Positions 1-6,965 are shown, counted from the stretch's first letter. The stretch: 34,028 nucleotides of DNA from an uncultured Ruminococcus sp. (GCA_902773065.1 CACYDD010000087.1:1-34028), one strand, 5' to 3'. Translations and numbers: made by a program. Notes: generated by a model from the sequence alone, not told the origin.

Positions 1-37
1 TACGGCCAAAACCATTAATAGCAACTTTAACTGACAT
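1..37 (-). CDS. gap: glyceraldehyde-3-phosphate dehydrogenase, first 12 codons only (gene continues past the left edge)
   Basis: The reverse strand has ATG at 37..35 followed by MSVKVAINGFGR, the classic GAPDH N-terminus. AGGAGG (52..47) lies 9 nt upstream. Confidence 0.6.
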   Translation of the reverse strand, partial: MSVKVAINGFGR

Positions 38-70
38 TGGAAATTACCTCCTAATATTTTTGCTACTTAT

Positions 71-99
71 ATTTTATAGCATTTTAAAAGAAATTACAA
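71..99 (-). promoter_or_regulatory. sigma-A type promoter for gap (TTGTAA-N17-TAAAAT)
   Basis: On the reverse strand the -35 TTGTAA is at 99..94, the spacer is 17 nt, and the -10 TAAAAT is at 76..71. It sits about 35 nt upstream of the gap RBS. Confidence 0.45.
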
Positions 100-170
100 G
101 TGTTTGTATTAATTTTAACAAAATTTTTTTAAATTTTTTCCAAAACAGCCTTATTTTAGTGTTTTTCTGA

Positions 171-208
171 ATAAAAATCCGCACTCTGTACGAAAATACA
201 GGGTGCGG
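171..208 (-). terminator. rho-independent terminator of the 546-aa membrane protein gene
   Basis: A 12-bp stem pairs 179..190 with 197..208 (one mismatch) around a 6-nt loop. On the minus strand it is followed by ATTTTTAT (178..171) and starts 13 nt after the stop codon at 221. Confidence 0.6.
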
Positions 209-220
209 AATCAAATTTTT

Positions 221-1861
221 TCAACTGTCTTCGCTCATTTCGTCAAGCATACGGAAGATTTCTTCATAATCTGCGTCGCTTTTATCCGAAGCGAACGGAT
301 CTTCTTCTATAAAATCGGATACTTCATCAGTAACGGTTGTTTCTTCTTCATAAACTGTCTGAGGTTCATAGGAAGGCTGTGTTACATATGTATTGCTGGA
401 AATCACAGCTGATTCCTCTGCCGAAGAAGTTTTATCAGTGAGGGGAGAAGATACCGGTTGTGTGACTGACTCATAGGTCATGGGTGCAGGTTCAGCTTCT
501 GCGACTGATTCATAGGTCATAGGAGCAGGTTCTGTTTCTGCGAGTGATTCATAGGTCATAGGAGCAGGTTCAGCTTCTGCGACTGATTCATAGGTCATGG
601 GTGCAGGTTCTGTTTCTGCGAGTGATTCATAGGTCATGGGTGCAGGTTCTGTTTCCGGAAACGACTCATACCTCATAGGATCATATTGTGATTCATTATC
701 TGTTCCGGAGGTAATACGTTCCAGCTCACTGTCATCAATGGGAACAAGATTGAAATCGGCAACTGTTTCAGGAACATCTGTATTCAATACGGATGAATTT
801 TCATTTTTTTCCTTCATCAGATTTTGAAGATCAGTAAAATCATAATCTGTGTTGTTTTCCGCTTCATCTTCAAATTTTAGTTGACCCTTATAAATTTTTT
901 TCTTCTTGGGACGTTCTGTTTGTTGTCCGCGGGAACGGTCGGTTTTTTTAGCAGCAGGGGGTTCTTTTTTGTCACCGGTTGAAATAGAGCCGAGAAACTC
1001 AGGCTCTTCCAGATCTTCATCCTCCTCATATTCTGTAACGACTGCATTTTTTGCATTACTGGCAATAAATGCAATCACATAACCACAGAAAGCAAGGTCA
1101 ATAATACAGGTCAGGATTCTTGAAACAGTCGGCTCAACAACCAGAGTATCAATTCCTGTAGTTTCAGGGTCAACCGGATTGAACATTTTGATAATGATAT
1201 CCGATGTCGTGATCATGCTGCACATGAAATAGCAATAACCGTAAAGCGTGGTTCTTCTGACTGCTGTTTTCGGATTCAGTTCCGCAAAGAACATTGCCTG
1301 ATAGAACAGGAACAGCATCAAAAATGTTGTGGAAACAACATCAAACATCTCGGTTGCATGAATGGATACCTTGGAATATTCAATAAACAGAGAAATCAGT
1401 CTGCCGCAGCACCACAAGGGCAGTATCAGACTTGCAACAGGAAATTTTGTCATGCCGTTTTGTCCGGTAAAGGATATACAGGATTCATATATCATCACAA
1501 TGCCGCCTACAAGTCCTAAAAGGCATCCGAACAGACTTCCTGCCAGAGAATCTGATGATCCCAGCGAAAGCAATGAGATCACGCCGCTGCCGACCATGGC
1601 AACCGCTGCAATAAATCCGAAACCTGCCGCGGCTTTGCTTTTGGACGGTGAAGCCTCAATATCGATTTTTCTGTCTGTGATCAGAGTGATAAAGCCGATT
1701 GTAAACAAAAGCAGTAATGAAAGGATAAATACGGCACTGCAGATATCGGAATCAAGGAAGAAACCGTCTCCGTTGACATTGAAGCAAGTGTCACAGATCT
1801 TGGCAGCACCTCCGATAATGCCGAGAATGATCATCGGCAGCCAAAGCTTTTTGATTTTCAT
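221..1861 (-). CDS. polytopic membrane protein with a long acidic, repeat-containing cytoplasmic or extracellular tail (function unknown)
   Basis: This is a 546-aa ORF with AGGAG 8-9 nt upstream of the ATG at 1861. The N-terminal ~270 aa contain multiple hydrophobic helices. The C-terminal half is E/D/P/T-rich with 13-aa tandem repeats. Confidence 0.8.
   Translation of the reverse strand: MKIKKLWLPMIILGIIGGAAKICDTCFNVNGDGFFLDSDICSAVFILSLLLLFTIGFITLITDRKIDIEASPSKSKAAAGFGFIAAVAMVGSGVISLLSLGSSDSLAGSLFGCLLGLVGGIVMIYESCISFTGQNGMTKFPVASLILPLWCCGRLISLFIEYSKVSIHATEMFDVVSTTFLMLFLFYQAMFFAELNPKTAVRRTTLYGYCYFMCSMITTSDIIIKMFNPVDPETTGIDTLVVEPTVSRILTCIIDLAFCGYVIAFIASNAKNAVVTEYEEDEDLEEPEFLGSISTGDKKEPPAAKKTDRSRGQQTERPKKKKIYKGQLKFEDEAENNTDYDFTDLQNLMKEKNENSSVLNTDVPETVADFNLVPIDDSELERITSGTDNESQYDPMRYESFPETEPAPMTYESLAETEPAPMTYESVAEAEPAPMTYESLAETEPAPMTYESVAEAEPAPMTYESVTQPVSSPLTDKTSSAEESAVISSNTYVTQPSYEPQTVYEEETTVTDEVSDFIEEDPFASDKSDADYEEIFRMLDEMSEDS
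464..676 (-). repeat. in-frame 39-bp tandem repeat, about 5.4 copies (13-aa unit EPAPMTYES[LV]AE[TA])
   Basis: The core tcataggtcat recurs at 471, 510, 549, 588 and 627, with a degenerate copy at 666, giving an exact 39-nt period. Two sequence variants are mixed in a mosaic order. Confidence 0.9.
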
Positions 1862-1897
1862 AAAATTGTTCTCCTTTAAAAGCAGAATTGAGCAGAT

Positions 1898-3268
1898 TTA
1901 TTTGCTGCGCTGTGATAAGGGCAGATAATCCTTATTGTGTACCATAGAGCGGTAAGCAGGACGGATGATCCTTCCGCCGTAGGTAACTTCTTCTATTCTG
2001 TGAGCACACCAGCCGGCAATTCTTGATACAGCAAACAACGGCGTGAACATTTCTCCCGGAATACCAAGCATATCATAAACAAAGCCTGAATAGAAATCAA
2101 CATTGGCACAGATGATCTTGGCACTGCCCTTAATCTCCTTCATTACTTTCGGGGTGAGCTTTTCAACAGTTTTGTAAAGCTCAAATTCAGCGTTCATGTT
2201 CTTTTCATCAGCAATTTTTGCTGCTGTTCTTTTTAGAATGACTGCACGGGGATCGGAAAGCGTATAGACAGCATGACCGAAGCCGTAGATCAGACCAGAA
2301 CCGTCGCCCTTTTCCTTGCGGATAATGGCAGCAAGATGATGATAGATTTTCTCTTCATCATTCCAGTCATCAACATTCTGTTTCAGTTCATTCATCATGG
2401 AGCGTACTCTCAGGTTGGCACCGCCGTGACGCGGGCCTTTCAGTGAGCCGATCGCTGCAGCGATTGCTGAATAGGTATCTGTTCCCGAAGACGAAAGCAC
2501 TCTTGTTGAGAAGGTGGAGTTGTTACCGCCGCCGTGTTCTGCATGAAGGATCATGCAAAGGTCGAGAAGCTTGGCTTCTGAGTCAGTGAATTTTGTGTCA
2601 AAGCGGAGAGCACGGAGAATCGATTCACTTGTAGAGAGAGTCAGATCAATAGGGTGAAAGAACATACTCTGTTTATCAAAGGCTCTGCGCTTTACCTGAT
2701 AAGCATAGGTCATGATTGTCGGCAAAGAAGCCAGAAGCTGTATGGACTGGCGCATGGTGTTTTCAAGCGAAGTATCGTCGGGGTTGGGATCAAATGTATA
2801 AAGACCGAGAACCGAATGAGCCAGTTTGTTCATGATATCCTTTGAGGGAATTTTGAGAATCATATCCTCAGCAAAATTATGCGGAAGCTCACGGTAGTGA
2901 CCGAGGATATCCTTGAACCTGTCAAGATGTTCTTTGTCGGGCAGGCTGCCGAAAAGGAGCAACCATGCTGTTTCCTCAAATCCGAAACGATCCTCGTCAA
3001 CACAGGCATTAATGATATCATTGACATCATATCCACGGTAGGTAAGTTTTCCCTCATCGGGAATCCTGACACCGTCATCCATCAGAAAGCCGTGGACATT
3101 ACAGATGTTAGTAAGTCCTGCCATTACGCCTGTTCCGTCGGGGTTTCTCAGACCTCTTTTTACGCCATAAGTAAGGTAGTCTTCACTGTTGAACCCGTTA
3201 TGCTGACGGTACTCATCACAAAGCTCCGAAAGCTTATCATTGTAAAATATTTCCTTTGCAGACGTCAT
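1898..3268 (-). CDS. gltA: citrate synthase
   Basis: The 456-aa ORF carries the citrate synthase signature GFGHAVYTLSDPRA and the motifs HAEHGGGNNSTF and IPGEMFTPLFAVSRIAGW. GAGGG lies 7 nt upstream of the ATG. Confidence 0.9.
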   Translation of the reverse strand: MTSAKEIFYNDKLSELCDEYRQHNGFNSEDYLTYGVKRGLRNPDGTGVMAGLTNICNVHGFLMDDGVRIPDEGKLTYRGYDVNDIINACVDEDRFGFEETAWLLLFGSLPDKEHLDRFKDILGHYRELPHNFAEDMILKIPSKDIMNKLAHSVLGLYTFDPNPDDTSLENTMRQSIQLLASLPTIMTYAYQVKRRAFDKQSMFFHPIDLTLSTSESILRALRFDTKFTDSEAKLLDLCMILHAEHGGGNNSTFSTRVLSSSGTDTYSAIAAAIGSLKGPRHGGANLRVRSMMNELKQNVDDWNDEEKIYHHLAAIIRKEKGDGSGLIYGFGHAVYTLSDPRAVILKRTAAKIADEKNMNAEFELYKTVEKLTPKVMKEIKGSAKIICANVDFYSGFVYDMLGIPGEMFTPLFAVSRIAGWCAHRIEEVTYGGRIIRPAYRSMVHNKDYLPLSQRSK

Positions 3269-3383
3269 AAATAATCCCTCATTCCTTTTGTTTTACTGTT
3301 GTTACAATAACGAAATAATCAACTCGTCACCGTCATATAATAATACATCTTATATTTTAACTTTTTTTTTCCATTCTGTCAAG

Positions 3384-3471
3384 CCCTGCGCACCACGTGC
3401 GCAGGGAATTCGCGTAGCCGCTACCTACGGTCGCTACTTTTTTTAAAAGTCAAATTCTTTGCCGCGTTTCA
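3384..3471 (+). repeat. dispersed intergenic repeat, copy A (subfamily 1)
   Basis: A perfect 10-bp stem with a 3-nt loop (ccctgcgcac cac gtgcgcaggg, 3384..3406) is followed by AATTCGCG. About 45 nt later comes TTGCCGCGTTTCA (3459..3471). Copies at 19748..19831 and 25770..25833 have the same layout. Confidence 0.7.
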
Positions 3472-3551
3472 GATTATATAAAATTATAATCCATATACTT
3501 GACTCGCGGCATTGAATTTATGTAATGCATAAACCAGAACGCGAATCGTTC

Positions 3552-3623
3552 GGTGCGGTCACGCACCCTCCGCTGTCAATTTCCCGCTCAAGTTTATAGA
3601 AAACCATAATTTTATTGCCGCGC
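3552..3623 (+). repeat. dispersed intergenic repeat, copy C (subfamily 2)
   Basis: The hairpin ggtgcg gtca cgcacc (3552..3567) is followed by CTCCGCTGTCAATTTCCCGCTCAAGTTTATAGAAAACCATAATTTTATTGCCGCG. By eye the ~48-nt tail is about 90 percent identical to the reverse complement of 27295..27340. Confidence 0.7.
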
Positions 3624-3695
3624 CTCAGGATTGATACTTATGGTGTAGTATATATCTGCTAAAATAAATTTACATTAAAAAGGTTGAAGATATTT

Positions 3696-4793
3696 ATGAA
3701 AAAAAGACTATTGATTTCAATACTGTGTTTTTTGCTGATGGCAGGGTTGCCGCTTTTGTCGGCAGGCGGTCATATGGACGGAGAAGCTTTCACAGAGATG
3801 TTTGGAGCAGAAGAAACGGAAAGTGCAGAAACATCTGTGCAGAGCCAGACAACTAAAAAAGAAGAAAGTAAAGAAAATTCAAAGAGCGAAAGTAAGACAG
3901 AAAAATCACAGAATAGCGAAAATGATACCAAGCAAAAATCAGCTACCGATACATTTATCATTCTTGATACGGCAAGCGGAAAAACGGTTGAAGTGGGGGA
4001 CAGGGATTTTTGTATGGGTGCGCTTGCCTATGAAATGCCGCCTTCCTTTGAAAAAGAAGCCCTCAAAGCTCAGACGGTGGCACTTTATACCCATTTTTGC
4101 CGTATCAGGGAAAAACAGCGGAAAGAACCCGAAAAAGACCTGAAAGGGGCAGATTTTTCGGCAGACCTGAAAAAGGGAGAAATTTACCTCACAGATGAGG
4201 TTTTAAAAGAAAAGTGGGGGAGTCTGTATGATGAGAGCATAAAAAAAGTCCAAACAGCCGTTGATGAGGTATTCGGAGAAGTTCTGACAAGCGGCGGCGA
4301 GCTGATCGATGCCTGTTATCATGCGATTTCAAGCGGAACGACGGAAAATGCAGAGGATATTTTTGGATTTAAGTGTGATTATCTGAAAGCTGTCGCCAGC
4401 CCATGGGATACTGCCGCACCCGATTACATGACAAGTGCAGACTTTACCACAGCTGAATTCAAAGAAAAACTCAGCAGTTTCGGTATCAGCTTTTCGGGCA
4501 AAGCGGAGGATTATATCAAAAATATTTCCGCAACACCGTCAGGCTCTGTCAAAACGCTGAAAATATGTGGAAAAGAGCTGACAGGTTCGCAAGTGCGGCA
4601 GACGTTCGGCTTGCGGAGTGCTGCTTTTACCGTAAAATATGCAGGCGGAAAATTCACTTTTACTGTCAAAGGCTATGGTCATGGTGTCGGGCTCAGTCAG
4701 TACGGCGCACAGGGTATGGCTCAGCAAGGCTCAGACTACAAAGAAATCCTACAACACTACTACAGAGGGGTTCAATTAGGAATTAGGAGTTAG
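3696..4793 (+). CDS. spoIID: stage II sporulation protein D (SpoIID/LytB-domain lytic transglycosylase)
   Basis: The C-terminal motif GYGHGVGLSQYGAQGMAQQG is typical of SpoIID. An N-terminal signal/anchor follows the ATG at 3696 (MKKRLLISILCFLL). The track start at 3684 is a TTG directly abutting the AGG, so 3696 is preferred. Confidence 0.85.
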   Translation: MKKRLLISILCFLLMAGLPLLSAGGHMDGEAFTEMFGAEETESAETSVQSQTTKKEESKENSKSESKTEKSQNSENDTKQKSATDTFIILDTASGKTVEVGDRDFCMGALAYEMPPSFEKEALKAQTVALYTHFCRIREKQRKEPEKDLKGADFSADLKKGEIYLTDEVLKEKWGSLYDESIKKVQTAVDEVFGEVLTSGGELIDACYHAISSGTTENAEDIFGFKCDYLKAVASPWDTAAPDYMTSADFTTAEFKEKLSSFGISFSGKAEDYIKNISATPSGSVKTLKICGKELTGSQVRQTFGLRSAAFTVKYAGGKFTFTVKGYGHGVGLSQYGAQGMAQQGSDYKEILQHYYRGVQLGIRS

Positions 4794-4803
4794 GAATGAG
4801 GAA
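4776..4803 (+). repeat. heptanucleotide tandem array TTAGGAA TTAGGAG TTAGGAA TGAGGAA (overlaps the spoIID stop codon)
   Basis: There are four exact-period 7-nt units. The third unit supplies the spoIID TAG (4791..4793). TAGs at 4777 and 4784 fall in the other two frames. Confidence 0.85.
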
Positions 4804-4913
4804 TGGTTTTGTGAAAAAATCGATGCTTTACACAATGCAAACGGGCAATGAAGTTGATTGGAAAATTTTGATATGTTTGAAAAAATGAAAATAAATTTTG
4901 TGTAAAATAACAG

Positions 4914-4942
4914 TTTACTTTTCTAATAGAATTGCATATAAT
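4914..4942 (+). promoter_or_regulatory. sigma-A type promoter (TTTACT-N17-TATAAT) of the AT-rich islet
   Basis: The -35 TTTACT is at 4914..4919, the spacer is 17 nt, and the -10 TATAAT is at 4937..4942. It is the only good promoter between spoIID and the 186-aa gene. Confidence 0.45.
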
Positions 4943-4946
4943 ATAG

Positions 4947-5111
4947 ATACAAGATATGTTCTTGTATTCACCGATGAAGCAACCGCCTTGTTATAGTGGT
5001 AGGGTGGAGGTGCCTGAAGGGTTTATGGTGAACCTGTCTATAACTATGACTGAAGTCATAAAACCATTAATTTTTAAGTAATAAGGCACTTCGAGTTAGT
5101 CGGAGTGCCTT
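4947..5111 (+). promoter_or_regulatory. structured ~165-nt leader or small RNA ending in a terminator-like hairpin immediately before the RBS of the 186-aa gene
   Basis: Hairpins are atacaaga/tcttgtat (4947..4967), gttatag/ctataac (about 4990..5043), tatgac/gtcata (5045..5060), and a 12-bp stem (one G-U) pairing 5083..5094 with 5100..5111, followed by TATTCGT. The GAGGA RBS at 5119 leaves no room for a separate promoter. Confidence 0.35.
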
Positions 5112-5126
5112 TATTCGTGAGGAAAT

Positions 5127-5687
5127 ATGAAAACAATACAAGATTGTGCAAAATTATATGATACATTAATTGGAAACGAATATACACTTATTCTTGAGAA
5201 CGATATGCGAATTGTTTTTAATTTTGATAAAGGTAATTTCTTTCATTTAATAGGTTTACATAAATTGTCTGATGTCAATGAATTTTATATAGGTAACAGG
5301 AGAAAGTCAAAAAATCGGATATACAAAGAATTACTAAGCGGTATCATAGACGATAATAGATTAAGGTACAAAAAGGGTTATGATAAAATTATTACCAGGG
5401 TGGAAAATTTTGAGTATATCACAGATTTATTATGTTTTGATAAAAGTAATAAGTTGATTATAGATTTTGATATAAATCTTATTAACAGATTTGATTCTTT
5501 GCTAAGTGGTACGAAATATATTCTATACAAACAATTGAACAATGTCTATATTCATTTAACATTTGGACAAGGAAGAAAAATATATCCTGAAAGTTTTTTT
5601 GTGCATAACGGAAAAGATTATATTTCCGAACAGACATTAATTGAAATAAAAGATATTCAGATAAAACAACATATTGTGAAAATATAA
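5127..5687 (+). CDS. hypothetical protein, putative toxin; resembles PBECR-type (Barnase/EndoU/ColicinE5-D/RelE-like) nuclease domains (assignment from memory)
   Basis: This is a 186-aa ORF, markedly more AT-rich than its neighbours. The N-terminal block YDTLIGNEYTLILEN...FNFDKGNFFHLIGLHKL matches my recollection of the F-x-HL-x-GL-x-KL core of PBECR4-like proteins. It is followed by a tiny antitoxin-like ORF. Confidence 0.55.
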   Translation: MKTIQDCAKLYDTLIGNEYTLILENDMRIVFNFDKGNFFHLIGLHKLSDVNEFYIGNRRKSKNRIYKELLSGIIDDNRLRYKKGYDKIITRVENFEYITDLLCFDKSNKLIIDFDINLINRFDSLLSGTKYILYKQLNNVYIHLTFGQGRKIYPESFFVHNGKDYISEQTLIEIKDIQIKQHIVKI

Positions 5688-5722
5688 ATTTTGTATCATC
5701 ATTAAATACGGAGGGTATCACA

Positions 5723-5872
5723 ATGGAAAGAACATCAAACAGACCTCTTGCAATGAATGAGCTTACAAAAGAACAGCTTGATACAGAAATCGCAAAGGGG
5801 TTGGCTGATATAGAAAATGGCAGAGTCTATTCAGCAGAAGAAGTTCAGGAAGAATTACACGACTTATACTAA
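5723..5872 (+). CDS. 49-aa antitoxin-like small protein (not in the ORF track because it is under 60 aa)
   Basis: The ATG at 5723 has GGAGGG 7 nt upstream (5710..5715). The translation is MERTSNRPLAMNELTKEQLDTEIAKGLADIENGRVYSAEEVQEELHDLY. The G-x-x-D-I-x-x-G-R-V-Y-S-A-E-E-V segment resembles toxin-neutralising segments of ParD/RelB-type antitoxins (from memory). Confidence 0.5.
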   Translation: MERTSNRPLAMNELTKEQLDTEIAKGLADIENGRVYSAEEVQEELHDLY

Positions 5873-5919
5873 TATCGTATAAATAATAGACAAACGCAAA
5901 AATATCTGATATAATAAAA

Positions 5920-6420
5920 ATGGTGATGAACATGAAATATCAGATAACGGAAAAGCAAAAAGAAGAAATAGAACAGACACGCAAGAAAAACAAAAATAAG
6001 CAAATAGAAAGACGCTTGAAAGTATTATCGCTGAAGGCAGAAGGAGCCAGCTACAAAGAAATAATGGCTGCAACCGGATATAGTAAAGCAAATGTAGCAA
6101 AGATAGTTAAACTATATTTTGAAAAAGGCATAGAAAAAATTATAACAATTAAGTATGGAGGCAACCATCGTAATCTTAGTTACGAAGAAGAGGAACAGCT
6201 TCTGCAATTGTTTGTGAAGAAAGCTGAACAAGGACAAATCGTTGAAACCAAAGAAATAAAAGAAAAGTACGAACAAGCAGTAGGACATCCAATTGGAAGC
6301 GGACACATATACTATATTCTAAAAAGGCACGGTTGGCGAAAAATAATGCCGAGAAGCAGACATCCGAAAAAAGCAACACCGGAGGCGATTGAAGCCTCAA
6401 AAAAATTAAACGATTTGTAA
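5920..6420 (+). CDS. IS630-family transposase, N-terminal HTH part (orfA)
   Basis: The 166-aa ORF has helix-turn-helix-like segments (SYKEIMAATGYSKANVAKIVKLY) and a winged-helix part (HIYYILKRHGWRK). It stops at 6418..6420, just after an A7 run. Confidence 0.85.
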   Translation: MVMNMKYQITEKQKEEIEQTRKKNKNKQIERRLKVLSLKAEGASYKEIMAATGYSKANVAKIVKLYFEKGIEKIITIKYGGNHRNLSYEEEEQLLQLFVKKAEQGQIVETKEIKEKYEQAVGHPIGSGHIYYILKRHGWRKIMPRSRHPKKATPEAIEASKKLNDL

Positions 6421-6461
6421 AGGAAATACAAGAAATCAACAAAGATTCCACCGTTCGTTTA

Positions 6462-6965
6462 ATGTTTCAGGATGAGGCAGGATTCGGGCGTATCAACAAG
6501 CCTAAATACTGTTGGTGCAAAAAGGGATATCGTCCCTCTGTCCCATGTCATCATATAAGGGAATACAGATATGTTTATGGTGCAGTAGAACCACTCAGCG
6601 GAGAAAACTGCTTTCTTGTTATGCCTTATTGCAATACGGACTGTATGAATGTATTTCTTGCTCATCTTTCCAAATCCTATAAAGAGGATCAAATTGTGTT
6701 AGTATGCGATGGAGCTGCCTGGCATAAATCTAAAGGTTTAATTATTCCTGATAACATTCATATTATTTTTATCCCACCTTATACACCGGAAATGAATCCA
6801 ATTGAACAAATTTGGAAAGAAATACGAAAGATGGGTTTCAGAAATGAAGTATTCCAAACTCTCCAAAAGGTTATTGATCGCCTGTGTCAATCTATTCGTG
6901 CTTTATCTCATGATACTATTAAATCCATTACTGCAAGAGATTGGATTGTGTCTATTTTTAATTAG
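6462..6965 (+). CDS. IS630-family transposase, DDE catalytic part (orfB; frame is open from 6393)
   Basis: The DDE_3 hallmarks are present: FQDEAGFG, LVCDGAAWHKS and PPYTPEMNPIEQIWKEIR. This reading frame is open upstream to 6393, so it overlaps orfA by 28 nt in the -1 frame. Confidence 0.85.
   Translation: MFQDEAGFGRINKPKYCWCKKGYRPSVPCHHIREYRYVYGAVEPLSGENCFLVMPYCNTDCMNVFLAHLSKSYKEDQIVLVCDGAAWHKSKGLIIPDNIHIIFIPPYTPEMNPIEQIWKEIRKMGFRNEVFQTLQKVIDRLCQSIRALSHDTIKSITARDWIVSIFN

Noticed and set aside
464-676. Regularly spaced 39-nt repeats that could be mistaken for a CRISPR array.
   Set aside because: The repeats are directly adjacent with no spacers. They lie in frame inside a long ORF and encode a 13-aa peptide repeat. 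No cas genes are present in the window.
4776-4803. TTAGG-type units resemble eukaryotic telomere repeats (TTAGG/TTAGGG).
   Set aside because: The period is 7, not 5 or 6. The arrays are only 3-5 units long and sit inside an ordinary bacterial gene context. The resemblance is coincidental.
4811-4888. A 25-codon GTG-initiated ORF (MKKSMLYTMQTGNEVDWKILICLKK) using the last heptamer unit GAGGAA as its RBS.
   Set aside because: The start is non-ATG, the ORF has no recognisable features and there is no independent support. It is most likely a chance ORF in AT-rich intergenic DNA.
4947-5111. Type III toxin-antitoxin RNA antitoxin (ToxI-like) upstream of the 186-aa gene.
   Set aside because: The promoter-RNA-terminator-toxin layout fits, but I found no tandem direct repeats of 30-45 nt in the leader. 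Only the pentamer TGAAG recurs, at roughly 36-40 nt intervals, without flanking similarity.
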